DNA from: Catajapyx aquilonaris
Taxonomy: Eukaryota
Direction: 5' to 3'
DNA: 64,000 bases
NCBI GenBank assembly: GCA_000934665.2
Contig: JYFJ02000777.1
Coordinates: 1 to 64,000, forward strand
Shown: positions 25,701 through 37,965 of the stretch, in pieces
Numbering within the stretch: the first letter of the stretch is position 1
Layout: each line of letters opens with the position of its first letter
Program-made: the position numbers and the translations under genes
The notes under the pieces: generated by a model
The model's database searches: none
The model's input: the letters and a program-made list of their open reading frames with translations, nothing else
What the model was told of the DNA's origin: nothing

Positions 25701-28700
25701 GAAGTGGGTGGGGCGAGCCTCCCGTTCCTGTGGGAAAATATCCTCAGGGCTTTTCTATCCATCCTTCTCGTGTTGCCAATTTCTAACCGGGCTTAGAAAG
25801 CAGTTTTTCCAACATTTCCGTGATAATTAAAAAATTTTAAAACAGGGTAAATCCCATGGGAATAGTACTCAGCAGCTAATCAGTATAATCGATTTGATTT
25901 GGCAAAACGGAAATTTAAACCCAGAGCTGGTCACGAACCCTGTCAACTATTAATGAATTGGACGTAAATCATGGATGTTACCTAACCACTAATTTTCCGT
26001 ACCTTGCTAGGTTGTACACTAATCCAAGAGACATCCTACGTACACCTTGAGCACCAGAACTTCACTGATGGATAGATACCGCCAACAAAGTCAAATAGGG
26101 CCCCTCGGGGAGTTGCTGATGGACGATTGGCCAAGTGTGGATGGAAAAGCTTGGTGGGAGCCAATGGGAGGACGGCGGAAGTTAGGACCAGTTTGCCACC
26201 TGTGGTTATTAGCCTCTCCACGCAGGAATTGCTGCAGCCGATTTTGGCCATTAATGACATCTGATATGGTTCTTCCGGTTTGGTAGTAAGGAAGAACAAT
26301 TTTTTTTCTTGAGGGGGGGGGGGGGGGGTTAATTGAAGTTTTTGGAAGAAATAGCACGAACTTTGAAAGTGTGAAGTAGAGAAAGTTGGCCTGCTGTGGA
26401 CTATTAATTACCACAAAAATTTATTATTACCACACAACATATGCAAATTATTTATAAATACAGTACTGTAGTGAAAATATTATTTCCAAATAGTTTTCCA
26501 TATTTGTTAGCAAGAAAACTACTTTCTTCATTGCGACTATAGCATGTTGCTTAGAAAGTTTCGTGCCATTTCGACACATTGTGCTATTTACCATTGCAAG
26601 AAGGTTATCTCTTCATCCGCTTATATTGTTACTAGTGCAGACAATATAAAAACCTGAGCCATACAGACCGATGCTGCAATTCTGGACGCAATGACACACA
26701 TACTCTCATGACCTTCCCCAGTTCTGCTGTGTCATCACGCTTTTCGAGGGGAAAAGGGCCTTGAAGGTGCGAATATTACAGTTATCTTTGAGAGAGATCC
26801 GTCATCCCCAACGGTCCTTCCCGTTTCTGTATGTAAAAGACTTTATTAAAAGCTGTGGGTCACCTTTAAAAGAACCTATTGGAGATACGGCTTTTTTTTC
26901 AAAGTAGCGGTCAATTTGAGGTGTGCATGGGGCAACCGGCCCACAGGTCGAGCTCTTCATCCTGATCGAAGGTCTCACCTGCCCTTAAGACCAGCTGCTG
27001 TTCCACAGAGCGGATCCGAGACAATGGTTTGTGGGTGGGAGGGTTCTACACAAGAAGGAAGGGGGTGGAAGGGGGGTATACAGCATATGTGAACGACACC
27101 TGCGCCGGCAGGTGATAGGCTGGATAGATATGTGCCTGGTTGGTCTTTTGTCACGTTTTACAAACTTATAAAACAGGAATGGAAAACTCCAAAAGCTGTT
27201 AAAAACGCAATGGTGTGGGATGGGAAAAAACGCTGAGAGAAATTGCCCCAGGTATATGCAAAAGGCCGACCTTTGTCTAATTCGCATAGGACCGGTTGTC
27301 TGGAATGACCTTCGCATGAACAGAATGTAACGTAATTAAATAGATGGACAGCATATTGTCATATCACCCGGTCTCTCAAGGAGTCGGTTTCGGATAGTGG
27401 ACAGAGAAGGCAACCGGATTTGTTTCCCAGCTAACTCAACCAAGACAGGAAGGAGAGCCAAATAGAGGTCCTCATGGTCTGTGGGGCTCCTCAATTGCTT
27501 TTATCGCATATCCTAGAACTTATGAAAGTGTGACCGATCCTAAATTATGCGATGGTGGCATGTATAGCACCAGGAAGCTTTGTTCATGCAACACTACATA
27601 GGAATGCTAATTAAATATCATAATAATAGGCCTGTTACTGTGAAACATCAGATGGAGATCATCGAAAGGCCATAAGAAATGCAACGTTAAATCTCATTCT
27701 ATTGGAAAATAATCCGATTGCGGTACACCCAATTTTCCGGTACAATGCATATGGTCCTGACAATTCGTGACGGTAATCCAGGACACTATTGCAATTGCCC
27801 TTATTTGATTACCGTCTTTAGCTTTCACCACAACGCATCGGAGGAATCGAAACGAAAAACACACTTCCGGCGACCCCTGAGATGACCACTGTGAGAACTA
27901 GTCCAAGGGTCAGCCACAAGATTGACAGATATGCCTGCTCCCATCAGTAATTCGCAGTAACCTCACCTCTTGACGGAGACGAAAAGCGGAAGAGAGTTGG
28001 TGGAAGCAGTGGACATGGCTGAAGATGATGAAGATTCCTCCTGCTGCGTGGCCTCCTGTTCCTCCTCAGACTGTCGCCATCCCGATGCTGATGGGCTTCG
28101 ACGAGGGTTCCATGCGAAACACCCACCGTCCATTCTGCGCCTCCTCACTGTCGAAGAGCAGCACGCCGATTGCCGCCTGACTTGCTCCCACCCCCCGGCG
28201 GAAGCCCTTCCGCCCCATCCATACCAGCAGGTGACCCTCTTGACCTGCCCCCCTACCCAACATCTGCGCTCAATCGGAATAAGTCTCGCACACTGAGCAC
28301 CACCCCCATTATCAGGGAGCGCACGCGAACGATTATTTCTCCAGGGTGAATTGTTGTGATTGGAAACAATGTTCCATATTGGGTGTGTCCTCTCGCAGTT
28401 CCTATATTTCCAAACAGGTTTTAGCACAAATGTAACGGCGACATTTAATTAGCATATTTCCTTAAACCGTGTGTGGGAACTGTTTGATCAAAAGGATTCC
28501 ATTGAGGAGGTGGACCATGAAACCATTCCGTCAAAGACAGGGCGAGGAGTGTCCACGGTTTGATAGGCCATGCCCTTTGCCTTCTACGCACCCCACCTTA
28601 CTATTTTTTTTCTGTTCCGGTGAGATGACACCTGTGACCTTGGTATAGGGCACCACCTGGACATACTAGCGGAACGGTATCCCTTTCCTTCCCACCTGAT

Positions 28701-28947
28701 AAAGACGCCCCATGCCCCAGGCAAAGAAGTTGAAGGCGGATGGGACAATATCCGTTTTCAATTTTTTTAACAATGTCCCAACGCATCCTGTGGGAAAAAA
28801 ATGGTGGACTGACCTGCTGTCTTGGAGGCAGGTCAAGCAGATCAGATGTCCACAAAGAAGTCGTTGGGGGTCATCCAGCGGGAGTTGACACACCGGACAC
28901 AAAAGACCTTCTGGTTCCTCCACAAATGGCATTTGGTGACCTGGCAT
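22723..28947 (-). CDS. TRAF4: TNF receptor-associated factor 4
   Basis: RING exon 28947-28814 (MPGHQMPFVEEPEGLLCPVC...CGHLICLTC), a tentative microexon 28665-28632, then 24523-24419, 24361-24200, 23884-23723, 23657-23360 and 23195-22723. These encode seven TRAF-type zinc-finger units and a MATH domain ending VDPSKIVAV. Confidence 0.92.
23932..24095. mobile_element. Short hairpin MITE (same family as 42680-42821)
   Basis: tgtcccaaggagaaacaccctatctccaaaacta...tagttttggagatagggtgtttctccttgggaca, with inner arms taagggtgaaagtcgcatgcatg and catgcacgcgaccttcaccctta. Confidence 0.8.
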
Positions 28948-29938
28948 TGCTGGAAGATTCAACACTTTAGTATACATCGCATGTACTAAACACGAAAAAA
29001 ATCCAAGCAAATGAGCACCTTGGGACCCCTCCCAACAGTGTATACCCGCCCTCTTCCCTAGTGGGCACTTTATGGTCCGTGGTGTCGTAAGGTATGGGCG
29101 GGACAGGGGGTCGAGATATTGTGACCACCCCCAGTCTGCTTTTGTTCAGGTTGTGGCACTTTTCCTTTTTTTGATTTGGAGGGAACCTCCGGCTATACAC
29201 ACATATACACCCCCCTGGAGGGGTGGGATTCAGATGGGAAGGGCGGTGGCGGATGGATGGCATGAAGCCGACACGCGAACGGATGGCAGCTGCAATACAA
29301 AGAGGGACTGCGAATTAGGGTTAATTAGTCGGGCGGCACAAGTTGCGCCGGTCGGACCATCCATCAAATGTCTCGCTCGGAATCTGCGAGCTGGCGGACC
29401 CAGGGCTACGATGGTATACCAAATTGCGGATCTTCACGCTACACGCGCATTTATGCATTTATGCATGTTGTGTGGAGGCGGGACATGGTCGTATAGTGTA
29501 CGTGCTGGGAGCACGAGAGACTGCCCAGCAATCAGTGAAGAACTGACTCATAATTTGGTATACTCACACGTATGACGTGTCAGATCTTCCTACCTGAGTC
29601 AATATGAAACAATAGAAACATGCCGCGTACATATGTATAGTCGCTTTGCGAGGCGGGGGGCGGAGTCTCTAGTAAATATGTATATACATTTTCCCGCTCT
29701 GATAAGACATGAATGGCTCCTCCCCGGTGAGGCGCCATTCCTCCTGACTTTTGCAACAGTCTGTCCCTGATGGTCCGTGGAATAGTTCATCCTCCGTCGT
29801 TCCCAGCAGCATCGAATAACTAAAGCAGAAGCAGTGAGTGCGAAAAGGGTGGCGTCCACCGTCCGATTGGCCTCACCCCTTTGCCCACCAGAAGCAGTCC
29901 AGCACCAGCCTCCTGCTCCCAGCCACTGCAGCTGATTG

Positions 29939-32900
29939 ATGGAAGTGGTACTGCGGGAGAAGCAGGGCACCACAGGGCCGGAAACCACATACGTCAAACC
30001 ACAAGGTGGGCAGGCTGTTGATCTGGTGGACATGACACTTGCTGTAGGCCTGCATATAATGACCGTTTGCAGTCATTGCTCATTACGGCTCACAGCGGAG
30101 TACAGTCATACGAGTGCGTAGTAAGCGGGGAGGCCAGCCTGATCAATAACATGTGCATGGAAAAAGAAACTGGCCGCACTGTATAATTTCTGTGCAGCTT
30201 TGTGGAAATGCATGCGTGGTGTGCTGGCCTTTCACTTTTGTACATTTCCACAAATGGCGTGCATGTTTTTGCCACCCCCATTGTGTCACCCTTGATGTAC
30301 CATTTTCTCCTGACAGTGTGGTGCTCAGGTGTTTAGACGGTTTTATCTCCCTTTGTATGCCAAATGCTGATTGTGAAATTAACACCTGCCAACTCTTTAT
30401 GCTTTTACTCTTATACAGACCAAGACAGACTCGTTGCAATTGATGGAAGATCCAGACGCAGACGGTTATGGGAGGACCTGGGCCAGTCCATGAGAGCGGT
30501 CTTCCTTCCTCTGGGGTATCCAGACAGTGTGAGCGGGGATTACTTGACATACCAGATATGGGACACGCTTCAGGTGTGTAAAGGCCCCTTCACACTATGC
30601 ATCTGGATGACAGTGTCCAATGTGGGCACTACTTTTTTTAGTGGCAGGAAGCATGCAACTTGGGAATCCTCATCAGAGGTTATTGGCTGTCAAACGTCAA
30701 ACTCGGAGGATCTTACTCTAGCTTGATATTGATTGATAATGTATTAAATGCAATCATATGTGCATGAGAGTGTTCTGCATTTCAAGAATCTACTACCTGT
30801 AAGTGAGACTGAATTACAAAACAAATAAATAAAGAAAATGACATCTGTAACGAACATGACAAAAATTACTAGTTATGCAAGTGCAGCTGTTAAAGATTAT
30901 TTCCTTCAAAAGACAAAAGTGTAAAGTGTTGTCATGCACATATTAATCACACAGTACATTTATTGAAGAATGAAATGTTACTCAGTTATTCAAAATGGTA
31001 GAAAGTGAGGCCCACATGTCAGATTCATCAGGCCATTTCAGAATACCCACCAGTTGCTAACCTACAGAAGTGCCTTTTGAGGGTTCTCCACTTTTCTGGA
31101 GAAAGAGAATCACTGGAGAGGATTCAAGCCAAAAGGTTGGCTCAGATCCTCCTGTTACCTCATCAGTGATGTTAGCTATCCCTTTCCAGAAAAACAAAAA
31201 ATGGAAACTCACTTCCGTGTGGGAGCACTTAGGGCTAGTTGTCTCAAAAGAAGGAGTCTATCTCCAATTATTATGTACAGTCAATACCACATATTAGATG
31301 ATCTTGAATTTGCCTTCCTACAACTCGTCCTAGAACACTCACATAAGCGCACATAAGTAAATAGTCATATTCCCAGCAAAATAACTGAAATGTTCATTAT
31401 AAGTGCTTCCAATGTCAAGGTTACAATGTAATTGCATGGACTGTGATATGTTCATATCTTTGGTTTATCATGCAGTGGTATTTCAGTTAAGAGTAGTTTA
31501 TGCAATCAATGGGATGTACAGTCGACTCTGGATATAACAGACTTCAAGAGGCTATGGAAATCACTTTCCTGCATCCAAATACACAGGCCATATATGGGAA
31601 TATGCTGGGATCAGCCTTTCTAGTTGGCTATAACCTAGGGTTGCTAATAGCTGAGGCTCTAACTTCTGGAGTTGACTGTACAGGAAGTATCCATTTTACA
31701 CCAGTATGGTTCAAACATAGTGAGGGAATCAGCGTAAACCAAGACAAAATTATAATGCAAGTGAATGAGATACATTCCAAAATTTCAAAAATTGTAGCGG
31801 ATTGATCCATACCACTGCTGCAACAATAATCTCTCGCAATATACTAATTTCATGGGAACATGTAATTGTTCTAACAATGTTTCTCCTTAAAACTGTTTCA
31901 TTAACAGGAGTCATTTACTATGTATCCAGTGCATGTTGTAATGGGCACTGTCATTTGGGAGTCAGTATTTGAAGGACAGTTGTGTGAAAAACAACTCACT
32001 TACTTGCAAGCTCAATTTAAGTGTGACTAATCACTTGTATTTCAAGGCATTCATGGCAGCCCCTGGTCCTTGCCCAAACCTCTATCCGACTCTCCAAGTG
32101 CACTGAGTCCTTGGACTCAGTGCACTTGGAGAGTCGGATAGAGGTTTGGGCAGCTTTCATAGCTGTCAAGGATGCCAAGTGTGACCGTGAGGGTCATTTT
32201 ACAAGTTCATTACAATGCAATGAGAATCGGATGTATTGGAATCAGTAGATGCTTGCTTTTGTCATTCTTTGAGATCATGAACTTGTTGAATGCCCTTCAC
32301 ATATGTTATGTGTCTCCCTGTTATTATGCATTTGCTAGGCTTTTGCAAGCAGTGTGACAGGGTCAGTAGCGACCCAGGCAGTGCTGAAAGGGGTTGGGGT
32401 GGGGGATGCTTCTGCCACCCCTTTGGCTGCGACCATCACCTGGTTGATGCGGGACGGCACCGGGATGCTGGGACGCATTGTCTTTGCATGGTGGAGCGGG
32501 TGGGTGAAATTGTATTTTAACCTCCCCAACTTTTGCTTGACGAGGCTTGCTTGTGTGGTAGAACGAGTCTAGATGCAGACTGCAAGAAGTGGCGCTTGTT
32601 TGCTGATATCCTGAACGACGCTGCCATTTTCCTGGAGCTGCTGGCTCCAGTTCTCCCTGGTGGCCTGACCATCATCCTGTGTGTGTCAAGTGTGTGGAAG
32701 GCCATGGTTGGAGTGGCAGGTGGGGCCACCAGGGCAGCCCTCACACAGCACCAGGCCCGCAGAAACAACCTGGCTGACGTCAGTGCCAAGGATGGGAGCC
32801 AGGAGACACTTGTCAACCTGGCTGCTCTGCTCACTTCTCTGATCTTGCTCCCAGCACTTGGAGGGCGGTTGGTGTAAGTATTTTGTATGACATGAGTTGG

Positions 32901-34124
32901 AGGTGTATAAAGGTGGAACACAGGTTAGAAATATTTGGATGTTTATGCTGTTGTGAACAATATTAGTAGTTTTTATTGTCAGGATATTGGGCGAGAGAGG
33001 AAAAGAGCCATGTTGCTCCTAAATAAGCGACACTATTTTCCAGGTTGACATGGATTCTGTTCATCATGTTCACTGCTCTCCACCTGTATGCCAACTACCA
33101 AGCAGTCACATCTGTTTGGCTTGAGACACTCAACCGAAATAGACTGCATGTAGTTCTCGCTGCTTTCCTAGACAGAGGGAAAGTGCCTGGGATTGTTGAG
33201 GCCAACATGCGAGAATCAGTTCTTTTGGGGCAGGGGATCAGAGGTGAACCACCATAGCTCGTGATAAATGTGGGAGGGATTCTGATATGTCATTATGCTT
33301 GTTTAGATGTTCACCTGTGTGGTTGGAGCATAAATCTTGGGGGCTCATTAAGGAGAGTGGCGATGGGAAGTGGCCTGAACGCATCATATTTGAACCAGCT
33401 GAGTCAGCACTGCCGCTCAGGCCGATACCTGTTGTGTCCTGCCTGGAAACCTCACAGGCGCCAGATACATGTGCTTTTGCACCGACAGTCCACCCCAGAG
33501 GATCAGCTGCAGGCTTATTTCCATGCAGTTGTTCTTGGGAGGAATCTTTGCAACGAGGTCAGAGTAGCATGGATTACTGTGAAATATCTTTCGAGTAATG
33601 ATACTGATAAATACTCCCATGCATTAATGTTGGAAAGATTGCTAGTTAACAAAGTAATATTTTTGTTGCAGGAGTGCCAAATATTTGAGGTGAAGCCTGC
33701 GTCTCTTGAAGCAACTTGCAATGTTGTAGAGAGGGAATTCCCAGTGTTTCTGCAGCAGTTGAAGTCCAAAGGTGAATGTGCTGATGCATTTCTAAAATTG
33801 GCAGCTAAATTTTTAATATTAATTTTAATTATTAATTTTTAAGAGTGCATAGTAATGTGGCTGTGTATCCACTCTGAGTTGAGGCACAGTTTTGACTCCT
33901 ATAGCAGCATGGATTCAAGGCAGTATTATGTAGAGGGTTAAATACATATTTCTCTCATGTCAGGTTGGGTAACCAGCCGTACCCTTCTGGGTGCCAAAGA
34001 ATGGCGAGTGAGTTGGGGCCAGGAGGAAGAGGAAGTACAAGTGAGAAATGAAGACGAAGATGATGATGGGGAAGAGGAAGAGGAGGAAGAAGAAAGGGAC
34101 CTGCCAGCCAAAACCGGCTTCTAA
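29939..34124 (+). CDS. RUSF1: RUS1 family protein (DUF647, C16orf58 homologue)
   Basis: Exons 29939-30005, 30419-30573, 32339-32499, 32562-32873, 33044-33243, 33307-33557, 33672-33771 and 33964-34124. Motifs FLPLGYPDSVSGDYLTYQIWDTLQ, LDADCKKWRLFADILND and ADVSAKDGSQETLVNL; acidic C-terminal tail. Confidence 0.94.
32071..32152. repeat. Perfect 40-bp inverted repeat with a 2-nt loop
   Basis: 32071-32110 is the exact reverse complement of 32113-32152. Confidence 0.95.
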
Positions 34125-34334
34125 AAAACAAAACTTGTAATTGCCAAACCACACTTGAAAAACAAACATGTCGTACAAAAAAATATGCCTTTTATTTCAC
34201 GTCGCAGACTTGGGGGAGAGAATTTTAAGGAAGGGGTATTGAAGGAAGGTAATTTTTCCTGTGATTTTTGTGGGTGTCCTGCACCCATCCTGAAGGCAAA
34301 ACAAAGGTGTCACTTACTAAAGGGAAGCTGGAGG

Positions 34335-37300
34335 TCAATCGCCCCCATCGGCTGTCTTTGCAGGTTGCTGAGAGCCTGTTTGCGCAAGATGCTTGACCAC
34401 ATCCACCCAGTCCCATCCTCTGGCCCTCTCTCCACCTTTCCCATCTGCACGGTCCCACATCTTGCGCTTTTGGGATTTTGTCATCTGGTCTTTCTTCGGC
34501 TTCTTGAGTATCTCGGTTGATTTCTGCAAAAAGCATGTTACTCGAATTTTGTTGCATTTGTACTTGGCAATTTTTTTCCTAATTACCTCATCTGAGATGA
34601 CAAGCTTGTCGATAGTTCTACTAGCTTCTTCCGATGGCGAAGAATCAGGCTGTTGTGCTACCAGCTCATCTAGATGCTCCTTCACCCATTCAAAGAGGGT
34701 GTACGTCACAGCCGAACCCAGCCACTGAGATGCTTCTTCTTCCACTTTTGATGCAATGGCTGACTTTACATTTGCATGTCTGAAAATTTTCGCACCTTAC
34801 AAATACTGAGCTGGACATTAAACGAGATATACAGGGTGTTTCCTGTAACTGTGAAGACTTGCAGAGGTAATAGAGGGGACCAAGACAAGTATTTTTGACA
34901 CAGGAACCTGTGTCCAGAAACGCCATCTAGAGGGGGTTCATAGACAAGCAATGGGTGCACTCAGACGTGTCACGCGGGAGGCACTAGGCGAGCAGACTGT
35001 TTCGTTGATAGATGGCGCTCGGATAGTAAACACCAATGTGATGTGCCATAACCTGGCAACAGCAGAGCCATCTAGCAACTAAAGTCTGCCTCCTAGGAGA
35101 TGAGCGGGTAGTAAACAACGGTTATGTTGTTGCCAGGTTATGGCGTATCGCATTGTTTGCTTACAACAACGCGATACGCCATAACCTGGCAACAACTGTG
35201 CGCCATATATCAACAAAACAGTCCGCTCGCCTAGCGCCTCCCACGTGAAGCGTCCGAGCGCACCCGTTTCTTGTCTATGATGGCGTTTCCGGACACGGGT
35301 TCCTATGTCAAAAATACTTGTCTTGGTCCCCTGCAAGTCTTTACAGAGTTACAGGAAACACGCTGTATACTGTAGTTGGCAGGCAGTATGGCAATGTTTA
35401 CTGTGGCCTGTGGGCTCCTGAAGAGCTGACCTGCTTTTGTGGCATTGTCACATGTAAGGAATGTTAATTTGGTGTACAGGGTGTAGTACTGCCAAAGTAG
35501 TGAGTCCAGAAGTGTGACTATGATATACAGTTGATGGATTAGTCTCTCTGGAGTTGAGTTCGACTTCTGACACTGATGATGCAGTATTTATATCTGCCAT
35601 CATCCCGCTCCATCCTCCATGTGATGGTATATAATTATGAAGGTGCGTTTACATGTGAGCGATTTGATCTCGTGATGTCATCACCGAGCGATAAATCGCA
35701 AAGTAACCCAACTACCCAAGTAACCAATATTGTTTGAGGCGAAAATCGATTGTTAATTTCAGCCTCAGCGACGATTTCGCTCGTCAAATCGTTCACATGT
35801 AAACGCCGCTTAAATCCTGTATTGACGATGTTGGGAGTTGAATGTATTTTTGTACCACATCAAGTTCCTCTGCCTAATCCTGGTTGAGAAATCCCGAAAG
35901 GCTTCCAGTAACTTTTCAAAATAGAACCTAATAGCCTACTTAACTAGTGTTCTTCTGAATTCCAGGGCGACAGCATTCTTAATTCCCTCTGTAAGGAATC
36001 CCTCGACAGGGCAGACTTTATACTGAATGAAATATTTTCACCAAAATAAACTGAATTGAGAGCAGAATGATATAATTGGATGGGAACAGTATGCATTGGC
36101 TTTGCAACAGTGTACTACTTGTGGGTTTTTGCAGAATGGAAGGTCTTTCCAGAATCATCAATCTCCAATTGTAGAAAAAGAAAATAATTACTTCAAAAGG
36201 AAACCAATGCTATGAGATTTGTAGTTCTCTTTTATCCCATAATCCTTCCAACCTCTTCGAAATCAATTGTCGTGTGGTACGGCAGAAACACCAAGTCCCA
36301 AGACCAGTCATGGCACGGAGGTGTTTCTGCCATACCACGCAACAATTAGCTGGCACTCCAGTCTCCTTCACATGTTCAGTGTATTTGGACACCCATAAAC
36401 GTGCACATAGAGGGTGAATTCCAGACCCCGGGACCCTAATCTGGAGACATTGTAATGTGCTTTGAATAGTTGAATTACAGTATTTTGCAGTGTAGTATTG
36501 TCAGATGTAGTGAAAACTAGCCTACTACCAATTTCTTGGAATGGTAGTCCAGGCCCTAACTTTGCAGTTTGTGATAAGAAGGTGCCTCTTGGTACACATG
36601 TTCTCTAGGCCTATAGGATTCATTTGAGAGTTGGCGGCACCTGATCGGCCCTTAGGTTGTTATATTGGACTTTTCACATACACAAAGTTCAGTTCAGATA
36701 ATTAGGCTTCCAAAAACCTAAAAATCACATGCTGAGTCAGCATATTCCAACAGAAAAGAATTCGTAACAAGGAACAGGTCCCACCTCCCACCTGGAGCCG
36801 CTCAGGCTCCACCTACGTAGAAAAGGATGCTGTCGTTTCCCCTATTCAGACGCTCTCCACACAGATAGGCAAATCGACGGCACCCTTTTGCGTAAGGTGG
36901 AGCCTGAGCGGCTCCAGGTGGGCCTTGTTCCTAGTTATGACTTTTTTTCAGCCGAAGAATGTCGACTAAAATTTTTTTTTCTTCTTTTCATGCTTAGGAA
37001 GGTTTTTGTGACAAAGTCACGAAAGGACAGGGGGGAAAAACATTTAATTAAAAAGTTACATGCGTTTAAATAGTGGTTGGAGCCTCTCCGGCTCCACCTA
37101 CGTAGTTAAGGGTTAATAAAAATTGCATCCCTCTGTGGGCAAAATAATGTACGGAGCATGAGAGAACGCTCTGACGTCATCAATGTTTCAATGGAAATAC
37201 CCTCACAGAACAATATGAGTAAACACTGTCAACAAAAAGCAACAATGGAAGAAATGATGACGTCAGATCGTTCTCTCGTTTTCCGTACATTCCGAACCCA

Positions 37301-37701
37301 CAAACCATAATTAAAATCCCAGGCACATGTACTGCACCAAATTGGAACTTTAAGCTACACTTTGCATACTGATCACCAGGTTACCGTCCATCAGTGACCT
37401 GCTACCAGTAACCTTGTTGTAAGCGTTCAACTAACAAGTGCTTGTTGTAGAAAGCGTCCATGTTGACATCAGGCGGTGCAGAAGGGTATTCCGCCGGCCA
37501 CTGAATCTCCAGTAGAAAGGACTGCACACTCCCATCCTCACCATACTGCAATGTAGATGTAATTAAAAACCAATCCTCCTGCAATTCCACTTCCCTCACC
37601 TTGTACTGGAAGACAGTGGGCGACACCTCCTTGAAGCAATCGTCCCCCTCGTAGATGGACCTCAACACCTGCAGCTCCTCCTCCTGCTCCGCATCGCACA
37701 T
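34335..37701 (-). CDS. RWDD4: RWD domain-containing protein 4
   Basis: Exons 37701-37600, 37545-37436, 34779-34587 and 34523-34335. Motifs EQEEELQVLRSIYEGD, WLGSAVTYTLFEW, MTKSQKRKMWDR and RGWDWVDVVKHL. Confidence 0.95.
34832..35365. mobile_element. Tc1/mariner-type foldback MITE in the RWDD4 intron
   Basis: TA-cagggtgtttcctgtaact...agttacaggaaacacgctg-TA with long imperfect inverted arms. Confidence 0.85.
35642..35809. mobile_element. PIF/Harbinger-like MITE
   Basis: ggtgcgtttacatgtgagcgatttg...caaatcgttcacatgtaaacgccgc, followed by ttaa. Confidence 0.6.
36790..37116. mobile_element. piggyBac-like terminal fragment
   Basis: Repeated ggagcc..ggctccacctacgtag motifs in both orientations, ending in aagggTTAA. 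Confidence 0.45.
37148..37289. repeat. Imperfect inverted repeat / MITE
   Basis: tgtacggagcatgagagaacgctctgacgtcatc pairs with gatgacgtcagatcgttctctcgttttccgtaca. Confidence 0.6.
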
Positions 37702-37965
37702 GGCCACACCGGTACACACCTAGTGTGTTCCGACGAAGCGTGTTGCCCTGGACGCACCCGGAATAAGTCACTCCCTGGGCGCCGCCATCTTTGAACTGGG
37801 AACCAATCAGAACGAAGCTGACTTTTTAAACATGGATGCCATATTTCCATCCTTAGCTGCTGCTTAAGTTCGTTCGTGAATATCGTGATATGCCACCTGG
37901 TTCTCCAGGGATCTGATTAATTATTTCATTGTTGCCCAGATTTAATTAAAAGGAGTCAGTGCAGC

